A stretch of DNA of 12,338 nucleotides from a virus (Duplodnaviria > Heunggongvirae > Uroviricota > Caudoviricetes): positions 77,561 to 89,898 of IMG/VR virus record IMGVR_UViG_3300021354_000005; one strand, given 5' to 3'. Below, piece by piece: positions 1 through 6,521 of the stretch. The notes beneath the pieces are model-generated. The model did no database searches, was not told the DNA's origin, and saw nothing but the letters and a program-made list of their open reading frames with translations. Positions within the stretch are counted from its first letter, which is position 1. The number at the start of each line of letters is the position of its first letter. The position numbers and the translations under genes were made by a program.

Positions 1-16
1 GCTTTAAATAATATAT

Positions 17-406
17 ATGACAAAGAAAAAAGTGGCAGTTAAACGAGTTAAGGCAGTTAAGACTAGAAATGCTGGTACTATGACTGAATCTGCTTTCTGG
101 AGCTTTATTAGGAGTGCTTTAAGACAAAAGAGTAGATGGTGGAAACCTATTACACAATGTAAACTTAAAGCTAAACGTAAATATAAAGGTCCTAACAAAA
201 GACAAAGGTTTGAGTATCAATGTAATACATGTAAACAATGGTTTGCAGAAAAGAATATTAATGTTGATCATATCATAGGAGCTGGTTCACTAAACTGTGG
301 AGCAGATCTTGATGGGTTTGTTAATAGACTATTCTGTGAGATAGACAATTTACAAGTGTTATGTACAACTTGCCATGATCAAAAAACTAAATTAGAAAAG
401 AAATGA
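17..406 (+). CDS. HNH endonuclease (phage, Zn-binding)
   Basis: 129 aa with CNTC...VDHII...NLQVLCTTCH, an HNH core with two Cys pairs. The N-terminal FIRSALR-x-SRWW motif is typical of a widespread phage HNH group. Confidence 0.85.
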   Translation: MTKKKVAVKRVKAVKTRNAGTMTESAFWSFIRSALRQKSRWWKPITQCKLKAKRKYKGPNKRQRFEYQCNTCKQWFAEKNINVDHIIGAGSLNCGADLDGFVNRLFCEIDNLQVLCTTCHDQKTKLEKK

Positions 407-681
407 GTTTACAAAAAGAAGCAGCAGTACATGTAAGTACTAAACCTGCATTTACGGAAGTTTGGTATGAGGGATATGTAGAATATAATGAAAAGAAGTT
501 TCAATTTTGGCTAATTGATCCTCAAGGAGAAGATCAATTTGGTAATGAATATGAAATGGAAGTCAGATGGTTCTTCAAAAATATTCCTAAGGAAGTTAGA
601 GCTATACACAATCAAATTTTAGAACAATACAAACACATCAAAAATGATACAAGGACAGACAAAGACAGAAGCTCAATATAG
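403..681 (+). CDS. hypothetical protein
   Basis: 92 aa ORF with an ATGA overlap to the upstream stop and operon-like packing. No motif recognised. Confidence 0.75.
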   Translation: MSLQKEAAVHVSTKPAFTEVWYEGYVEYNEKKFQFWLIDPQGEDQFGNEYEMEVRWFFKNIPKEVRAIHNQILEQYKHIKNDTRTDKDRSSI

Positions 682-1687
682 AGCTGTAATTATGGATAGT
701 TCCTCAAGTTTGAAGGAATTCTCTACAAATCGTAAAAAATATCATAAAAAATACATTCTTAATGAGAATGTTGAAGAAGATGATAATAAAGCTGCCACTA
801 CAGGTAGAGTGGTAGAAACATTGTTATTAGAACCAGAAGAGTTTGATAATAGATTTCACATGTCTATTGTCACTAGTGCACCAACAGCAATGATGTTGGA
901 TTTTGTAGAAGCATTATATAAGCATTCAGCTGCAGCTACAAATGAAGATGGTGTATTAACTAGAACATTTGAAGACATCTGTAAAGATGCTCACGTTGAT
1001 AGTGGATTTAAGATTTCACTTGATGCTGTTCTTAAGAAGTTTATAGGCTCAGATGCTGAGGTTTATTACAAAGAAATCCGTGAGGTGAGAAGCAAAGGAT
1101 TAACCGTTGTTACTACTCAGGATGTAGAAAATGCTACAAAAATTGTAGAAGAGTTAAAAACTAATGATTTTATAGCTCCTATTGTAAACTTGGTTAAAAG
1201 CTCTAGATATGATGTCTATAACCAGTTACAGGTTGAAGGATATGAAATCGAAGGTCATTTATTTAAGTCTATGATGGATAAAGTAGTTGTAGATCGTATA
1301 GAGGAAACAATTCAAGTGTATGATTTAAAATGTACATGGTCTGTAGAAAACTTCTATGAGGAATATTATCTTTACAGAAGAGCTTATATTCAAGGATTCC
1401 TCTATCATAAAGCTGCAGAATCTTGGGCTAGTGAGATGGGTTTTGATGAATTCACTATTTTATATCCTAAGTTCATTGTATGTGACAGCACAAATTATAG
1501 TTCTCCATTAGTTTATACAATGTCTGATATTAATATGCAGGATGCTCTTAATGGATTTGAACATAAAGGAAGACAATATCCAGGTGTTGCTTCTTTAATA
1601 GAAGACCTTAAATGGGCTATTGAGAATGACAAATGGAACATCTCTAGAGAAAACTATTTAAATAACGGTATAGTTAAACTAAATTAA
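644..1687 (+). CDS. PD-(D/E)XK exonuclease (RecE/RecB/Cas4-like recombination nuclease)
   Basis: 347 aa containing FKSMMD...VYDLKCT (D...D-x-K catalytic motif) followed by Y-x-x-Q-x-x-x-Y (AYIQGFLY), as in phage RecE/RecB-family exonucleases. Confidence 0.8.
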   Translation: MIQGQTKTEAQYRAVIMDSSSSLKEFSTNRKKYHKKYILNENVEEDDNKAATTGRVVETLLLEPEEFDNRFHMSIVTSAPTAMMLDFVEALYKHSAAATNEDGVLTRTFEDICKDAHVDSGFKISLDAVLKKFIGSDAEVYYKEIREVRSKGLTVVTTQDVENATKIVEELKTNDFIAPIVNLVKSSRYDVYNQLQVEGYEIEGHLFKSMMDKVVVDRIEETIQVYDLKCTWSVENFYEEYYLYRRAYIQGFLYHKAAESWASEMGFDEFTILYPKFIVCDSTNYSSPLVYTMSDINMQDALNGFEHKGRQYPGVASLIEDLKWAIENDKWNISRENYLNNGIVKLN

Positions 1688-2238
1688 TGGAAATTAAAAA
1701 AACCATCACTAGTATATTCATTGTCCCTACGCTTAGTATTGGAAGAGAAAAGCTTATGGATAATGGATTTATTAATGGATATATAAAAGACGGTAGAAAA
1801 GAAGTGCAATATGAAGGATGTATTTATCTTTTGTTCAAGCCTAAAGATCTTGATAAATTTAGAGATTTTCTAGATTTAGAATATGAGCGTACAAAGTCCA
1901 TTATTGATGATTATGATTATGAAGATGGTTATGTTGTAGTAGTTTATGTACTAAATGAAAAGCTTGAAAAAGATATTGCACTGATAAAAAAGGGCAAATA
2001 TTCTCGAACTTCTCCTGCTTTTCAGTCAATTTTCCCCAAAGTTGTTAAATTAAGAAGAAATGGATTCTATAAAGATGAAATAAGTCTTCAATATAGAATA
2101 TTTAACAAGACAGAAGACTTAAAACAATTCTGGGAGGATAAATTTGGTATGGAGATAGATGAAGATATGGAAGTTTGGGAAGGGTTCTTTGAAGAAAATG
2201 AAATTCTTAACATAGATAAACTTAAAGAAAATGTATAA
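1687..2238 (+). CDS. conserved phage hypothetical protein
   Basis: 183 aa acidic ORF with a TAATG overlap to the exonuclease stop. No catalytic motif recognised. Confidence 0.75.
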   Translation: MEIKKTITSIFIVPTLSIGREKLMDNGFINGYIKDGRKEVQYEGCIYLLFKPKDLDKFRDFLDLEYERTKSIIDDYDYEDGYVVVVYVLNEKLEKDIALIKKGKYSRTSPAFQSIFPKVVKLRRNGFYKDEISLQYRIFNKTEDLKQFWEDKFGMEIDEDMEVWEGFFEENEILNIDKLKENV

Positions 2239-2470
2239 TAAAGAAATACTAGATGAATTAGTAAGACAATTTGGTACAGAAGCTACTATATTGTTCTGTC
2301 AAATGGAAAGCATGAAAAATAACATGCTTTATGATAGTGTAGAAGAAGATAGAAGACATCATCCAGAACCTAGTGAGTGGTCATTTGAAAGAGATTGGTG
2401 GAAGGAACATGGAGAAAAATTACAAGAAACAAGATTTGCTAACCGTCAAATAAAAATTAACCTAAAATGA
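2231..2470 (+). CDS. hypothetical protein
   Basis: 79 aa ORF overlapping both neighbours in operon fashion. Confidence 0.7.
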   Translation: MYNKEILDELVRQFGTEATILFCQMESMKNNMLYDSVEEDRRHHPEPSEWSFERDWWKEHGEKLQETRFANRQIKINLK

Positions 2471-2835
2471 CACCACAAGAATTACTAGAAACCTATGATA
2501 AGGCAGCCCTTGTCATAAAATCATTCTACTTTGAGAAGTTTATGAACTCCATAGCTACAAATGATTTGCCTGAAAACTTTAAAGAATTTGCTAAAGAGCA
2601 AGGTGTTGATAATGACACAATTGCAATTATGATAGCAAGTTCTCCTTCTTCTTTATTTGAAGTGTTTGATGAACATAAAGTGTATATAGAAATCACTGTT
2701 ATTGTAGGAGAAAACACATTCTTCATCTATCATGTAAATGGTGTAGTTAATGATAATCCTCCATACTATGTTAGAAGAGAAGCTGAATTAGCAGCTATTG
2801 AAAAAGCATTTCAAGTGTTAAATGATAAATTATGA
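2467..2835 (+). CDS. hypothetical protein
   Basis: 122 aa ORF with an ATGA overlap to the upstream gene. Confidence 0.75.
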   Translation: MTPQELLETYDKAALVIKSFYFEKFMNSIATNDLPENFKEFAKEQGVDNDTIAIMIASSPSSLFEVFDEHKVYIEITVIVGENTFFIYHVNGVVNDNPPYYVRREAELAAIEKAFQVLNDKL

Positions 2836-2946
2836 GTTCCTTGTTGTAAAATTTGTAATATTGCAAAAAACAATAATACATATGATGAATTTATACAATG
2901 GATAGATAGATTGATTCATCACAAAATAACTAATTTGATTAGATAG
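2832..2946 (+). pseudogene. remnant of an HNH endonuclease gene (C-terminal fragment only)
   Basis: 2836-2946 translates VPCCKICNIAKNNNTYDEFIQWIDRLIHHKITNLIR*, matching the typical VPCCxxCNxxK...F..WI end of phage HNH endonucleases. It has no in-frame start. An out-of-frame ATG at 2832 overlaps the upstream TGA. Confidence 0.75.
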
Positions 2947-2961
2947 AATTTTTCAATTTAC

Positions 2962-2992
2962 TTGGAACTTTAAATAGGGGGTTGTATATTTG
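2962..2992 (+). promoter_or_regulatory. Bacteroidota-type sigma70 promoter (-33 TTG, -7 TAnnTTTG) for the EndoVII gene
   Basis: TTG (2962-2964), 20 nt spacer, TATATTTG (2985-2992). Intergenic, 28 nt before ATG 3021. Confidence 0.65.
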
Positions 2993-3008
2993 CGACCCCC
3001 TAATTTTT
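2972..3008 (+). terminator. hairpin plus T-tract (terminator-like) overlapping the promoter
   Basis: TAGGGGGT (2975-2982) pairs with ACCCCCTA (2995-3002), extendable inward with G-U pairs to a TATT loop. It is followed by ATTTTT. Confidence 0.55.
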
Positions 3009-3020
3009 ACCTCTATTTAT

Positions 3021-3533
3021 ATGGAAAATAACTGCCCAATTTGTGGAAAAACTAGACAATATAAGTCTAAAAGTGGATTCTATAGGGCAAATAAAAATAA
3101 CTTACCTTGTAGATCTTGTTCTAATTCTATTCAGTTAGGAGGACCTGGAAATCTGTATAGGGAAGGTAATTTTAAAATCTGTACAGTATGCAATACTAAA
3201 AAGTCATTAAATGACTTCTTTAGATATCCATCTAAGCATTATCATTCATGTTGTAAAGATTGTTCTAGAGAGAAATCTCACAAATATCATAAAAATACTT
3301 ATAGGTATGCCAAATATGGTATAACCAAAGAGCAATTTGATGAATTGTTTAAAAATCAAGAAGGTAAATGCCCAATATGTAGAACTGAACTAAAAGAAGA
3401 GATTCATATAGATCATGATCATGCAACAGGTCAAGTAAGAGGAATTCTTTGTGGTAAGTGTAACAAAGGATTGGGACAATTTAATGATAATATAGAATCT
3501 TTAACAAACGCAATTAAATATTTAAACAAATGA
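3021..3533 (+). CDS. Endonuclease VII-family (recombination endonuclease VII fold) free-standing homing endonuclease
   Basis: C-terminal KYGIT...QEGKCPIC...HIDHDHATGQVRGILCGKCNKGLGQFNDN is the EndoVII signature. The N-terminus has repeated CxxC modules. Start moved from the track's TTG 2982 (inside the promoter hairpin) to ATG 3021. Confidence 0.85.
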   Translation: MENNCPICGKTRQYKSKSGFYRANKNNLPCRSCSNSIQLGGPGNLYREGNFKICTVCNTKKSLNDFFRYPSKHYHSCCKDCSREKSHKYHKNTYRYAKYGITKEQFDELFKNQEGKCPICRTELKEEIHIDHDHATGQVRGILCGKCNKGLGQFNDNIESLTNAIKYLNK

Positions 3534-5404
3534 CTAACACACAGACAGATTTAGGACTACAGGCATTGAGTTCTATCACGATTTTTAGCAAATATGCTAA
3601 ATATATCCCAGAACTTAAACGAAGAGAGACCTGGGATGAGATAGTAGATAGATATGAAACGATGATGATTAAAAAGTATCCTAATCTAGAAGAGTCAATT
3701 ACAGAAAGTGCTAAGTTTATTAGAGAAAAGAAGGTTTTACCTTCTATGAGAGCACTTCAGTTTGCAGGTCCTGCTATGGAGGTTAATAATGCAAGAGGTT
3801 ATAACTGTGCTTTCCTACCAGTTGATAGTTTATATAGCTTTAGTGAAACTATGTTCTTGCTATTAGGTGGTTCAGGAGTTGGATTTTCTGTACAGAAACA
3901 TCATGTAGCTCAATTACCAGCTATTAAGAAACAAGATAATTACAAACAACGTAACTATCTTATTGAAGATTCTATCATGGGATGGGCTGATTCAGTTAAG
4001 ATGCTAATGAAGTTCTATTTTGAAGGTGGTCCAAAACCTAAATTTGACTTTAGAGCAATCCGTCATAAAGGAGCTAGATTAGTAACAGCTGGTGGTAAAG
4101 CACCTGGTCCTGAACCACTTAAGTTATGTCTATCACATATTGATGCCATTATGGAAAGAAAAGAAAATAGTGAACAACTATCTCCTTTAGAATGTCATGA
4201 TATTATGTGTCATATAGCCAACTCTGTATTAGCAGGTGGAATCAGAAGATCAGCCATGATTAGTTTATTTAGTCATGATGATGAGGAAATGATTACCTGT
4301 AAGTATGGCAATTGGTGGGAATTAAATGAACAAAGAGGCAGAAGTAATAACTCAGCTGTTTTAGAGAGAGGATCTGTAGGAGAAGAAGAATTCAAAGCTC
4401 TATGGAAGAGAATTGAAGCTTCTGGTTCTGGTGAGCCTGGTATCTATTGGACAAACAACAAAGATTGGGGAACTAATCCTTGCTGTGAAATAGGTCTAAG
4501 ACCATTTCAGTTCTGTAATCTGTGTGAGGTGAATGTATCTGATGTAGAAAGCCAAACAGATCTTAATGATCGTGTAGCAACAGCTGCATTCTTTGGTACA
4601 TTACAAGCTGGTTTCTTTGATTTCCACTACTTACGTCCTATTTGGCAAAAGACTACCCAAAAAGACGCTCTATTAGGAATTGGTATGACAGGTATAGGTT
4701 CAGGAGAAATCCTCAAATACAACCTAGAAATAGCAGCAAACACAGCTAAGGTGGTTAATAGTATGATAAGTGAGAAATTGGGTACCAATGAAGCAGCTCG
4801 TATTACATGTATAAAGCCTTCAGGCACAACTAGTCTTGTATTAGGTACAGCAAGTGGTATTCATGCTTGGCATGCTCCATACTATCTACGTACTATGAGA
4901 TTTAATAAGAATGAAGACATTGCTGCATACTTGATGGTCAATCATCCTGAATTATGTGAGGATGATATATTACGTCCTAAGGATACAGTTTGTGTAAGAA
5001 TTCCTGTTAAAGCTCCTGATGGATCTATATTACGTACTGAATCTCCATTAGAAACATTAGAAAGAGTTAAGAAGTTTGCTACACAGTGGATATTACCTGG
5101 ACATGTTCGTGGTGATAACACACATAATGTAAGTGCTACAATTTCTATAGACACATTTGATTGGATCAAAGTAGGACAATGGATGTGGGATAATAGAGAG
5201 GTTTATAATGGTTTGTCTGTACTTCCTTATTTTGGTGGCTCATATAAACAAGCTCCTTTTGAGGATATTACTGATATGCAATATTATGAAAAATTATCTC
5301 ACTTAACATCTGTAGACCTTACTAAAGTGATGGAATTAGATGATACAGTAGATTTTGGTCAGGTTGCAAGTTGTGCTGGAGGAGCTTGTTCTTTAGAAAT
5401 GTAA
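3530..5404 (+). CDS. nrdJ: class II (adenosylcobalamin-dependent) ribonucleotide reductase, monomeric RTPR type
   Basis: 624 aa with PSMR, NCAF (first redox Cys), TNPCCEI (thiyl Cys/Glu) plus a second Cys 11 residues later (FCNL), KPSGT, and a C-terminal CAGGAC redox pair as in Lactobacillus leichmannii RTPR. No class I beta subunit is nearby. Confidence 0.92.
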   Translation: MTNTQTDLGLQALSSITIFSKYAKYIPELKRRETWDEIVDRYETMMIKKYPNLEESITESAKFIREKKVLPSMRALQFAGPAMEVNNARGYNCAFLPVDSLYSFSETMFLLLGGSGVGFSVQKHHVAQLPAIKKQDNYKQRNYLIEDSIMGWADSVKMLMKFYFEGGPKPKFDFRAIRHKGARLVTAGGKAPGPEPLKLCLSHIDAIMERKENSEQLSPLECHDIMCHIANSVLAGGIRRSAMISLFSHDDEEMITCKYGNWWELNEQRGRSNNSAVLERGSVGEEEFKALWKRIEASGSGEPGIYWTNNKDWGTNPCCEIGLRPFQFCNLCEVNVSDVESQTDLNDRVATAAFFGTLQAGFFDFHYLRPIWQKTTQKDALLGIGMTGIGSGEILKYNLEIAANTAKVVNSMISEKLGTNEAARITCIKPSGTTSLVLGTASGIHAWHAPYYLRTMRFNKNEDIAAYLMVNHPELCEDDILRPKDTVCVRIPVKAPDGSILRTESPLETLERVKKFATQWILPGHVRGDNTHNVSATISIDTFDWIKVGQWMWDNREVYNGLSVLPYFGGSYKQAPFEDITDMQYYEKLSHLTSVDLTKVMELDDTVDFGQVASCAGGACSLEM

Positions 5405-5411
5405 AAATAAA

Positions 5412-5443
5412 TTTGGTAGTTTCAGACAAATCCTCTATATTTG
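5412..5443 (+). promoter_or_regulatory. Bacteroidota-type promoter for the downstream HNH gene
   Basis: TTTG (5412-5415), 20 nt spacer, TATATTTG (5436-5443), in the gap after the nrdJ stop. Same spacing and -7 box as the 2962-2992 promoter. Confidence 0.7.
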
Positions 5444-5452
5444 TGGAATAAA

Positions 5453-6163
5453 ATGTCTGAAATGAAGAATGATATTGGTCATAAGTTTGGAAAGCTCACT
5501 GCTATTGAGTTAGAAAAAGATAAGGATGGGTATAACACAAGATACTTATGTAAGTGTGACTGTGGTAATACCCATTCTGTATCTAAATCTCATTTAAGAA
5601 GTGGTAGAATTACTCACTGTGGATGTGTAAGACACGAAGGTGCTAAACATCAAAGTTGGTCAGGAGTAGGAGAAATATCAGGAGATTTCTGGTATATGCA
5701 CATAGTAAGAAGTGCAAGTGGTTCAAAATATGGTAATAGAACACGTAAAGTAAAAGAACTTACATTAACTATCCAGCAAGCATGGGACTTATTTCTTCAA
5801 CAAGACAGAAAATGTGCATTATCTGGAACACCTTTACAGTTTCCAAAAAGATCTAAAGATACTTCTTGGACAGCTTCTCTTGATAGAATAGACTCCTCAA
5901 AAGGATATATTCTAGGTAATGTACAATGGGTTCATAAAGATATCAATATCATGAAGAACAAATTTGATAATGACTACTTTATACATGTTTGTAAATCAAT
6001 AGCTAAAAGAGTAAAATTAGCTGAAGAAATAGCTAAAGAAATGTCTCAAATGAAACCAATAACAGATGTAGCTAAAGATTTAGCTGATCATGTTGATAAA
6101 ATAGTATTAGCAAAAATGATTGAAATAGCTAAAAACACAGGAGGTGCCTGTGAAATACAATAA
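5453..6163 (+). CDS. HNH-type homing endonuclease with helical C-terminal tail ending in an RNR-like GGACEIQ
   Basis: N-terminal FGKLTAIE...YLCKCDCGN...LRSG..THCGC module, then CALSG...ASLDRIDSSKGYILGNVQWVHKDINIMKN (phage HNH-like core). Start placed at ATG 5453 (or 5462) because the track's TTG 5441 lies within the -7 box. Confidence 0.8.
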   Translation: MSEMKNDIGHKFGKLTAIELEKDKDGYNTRYLCKCDCGNTHSVSKSHLRSGRITHCGCVRHEGAKHQSWSGVGEISGDFWYMHIVRSASGSKYGNRTRKVKELTLTIQQAWDLFLQQDRKCALSGTPLQFPKRSKDTSWTASLDRIDSSKGYILGNVQWVHKDINIMKNKFDNDYFIHVCKSIAKRVKLAEEIAKEMSQMKPITDVAKDLADHVDKIVLAKMIEIAKNTGGACEIQ

Positions 6164-6165
6164 TT

Positions 6166-6348
6166 ATGGAAAAGAAAGAATTTATACAAGGTGTGGATTA
6201 CTACCTAGAAAATGGGTTTGTAATCTTTACAGAAAAATATCTCAAGGAGATGGGAGAGTGCTGTACTAATAAGTGTAGACACTGTCCTTATGACCCTCCA
6301 AGAGAGATAAAAGGTAATAAAAAGATAAAAACGGATAAAAACGGATAA
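6166..6348 (+). CDS. small Cys-rich protein (DUF5522-like)
   Basis: DYYLENGFVIFTEKYL...GECCTNKCRHCPY matches the pattern I recall for DUF5522 proteins. Family name is from memory. Confidence 0.7.
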   Translation: MEKKEFIQGVDYYLENGFVIFTEKYLKEMGECCTNKCRHCPYDPPREIKGNKKIKTDKNG

Positions 6349-6390
6349 AATATTTTCGTATGTATGCATAAATATGCATAAGTTTGCATT
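6324..6390. repeat. two adjacent 10-bp-period tandem arrays
   Basis: GATAAAAACG at 6324 and 6334 plus partial GATAAAA at 6344. Then palindrome TATGCATA at 6363 and 6373 plus degenerate TTTGCATT at 6383. Confidence 0.75.
6355..6386 (+). promoter_or_regulatory. possible Bacteroidota-type promoter
   Basis: TTCG (6355-6358, one mismatch to TTTG), 20 nt spacer, TAAGTTTG (6379-6386). Intergenic. Confidence 0.35.
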
Positions 6391-6422
6391 CTGTTTTTGT
6401 CTTATAGTTCTTTAATTGTGTC

Positions 6423-6458
6423 AGCCCCTGATGTTTCTACATTGGGGGCTTTATTTTT
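6423..6458 (+). terminator. rho-independent terminator
   Basis: 12-bp stem AGCCCCTGATGT / ACATTGGGGGCT (two G-U pairs) with a TTCT loop, followed by TTATTTTT. Confidence 0.85.
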
Positions 6459-6491
6459 GTCACAATTCATGGAAATATGCAGAAACTTTTG

Positions 6492-6499
6492 TAAATTTG
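6492..6499 (+). promoter_or_regulatory. -7 box (TAnnTTTG) upstream of recA
   Basis: TAAATTTG lies 22 nt upstream of the recA ATG and just downstream of a terminator. The -33 element is weak (ATG at the TTG position). Confidence 0.5.
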
Positions 6500-6521
6500 T
6501 ACACACAAAACAATTAAAATT

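Noticed and set aside
4-198. Minus-strand 64-aa ORF
   Set aside because: Antisense shadow of the HNH gene with no start context or motifs.
2139-2146. Intragenic TAAATTTG box
   Set aside because: No -33 element at the right spacing, and this motif arises by chance in AT-rich DNA.
2833-2835. Possible TGA recoding, since the HNH fragment is in frame directly after this TGA
   Set aside because: TGA and TAG end other genes here cleanly, often with ATGA overlaps, and long genes are intact in the standard code. A deletion scar explains it better.
5378-6151. Group I intron in the nrdJ 3' end
   Set aside because: No U|...G| splice pair restores the frame around the GGAC repeat, the interval is almost all promoter plus ORF with no room for a ribozyme core, and nrdJ already has a complete CxxxxC end.
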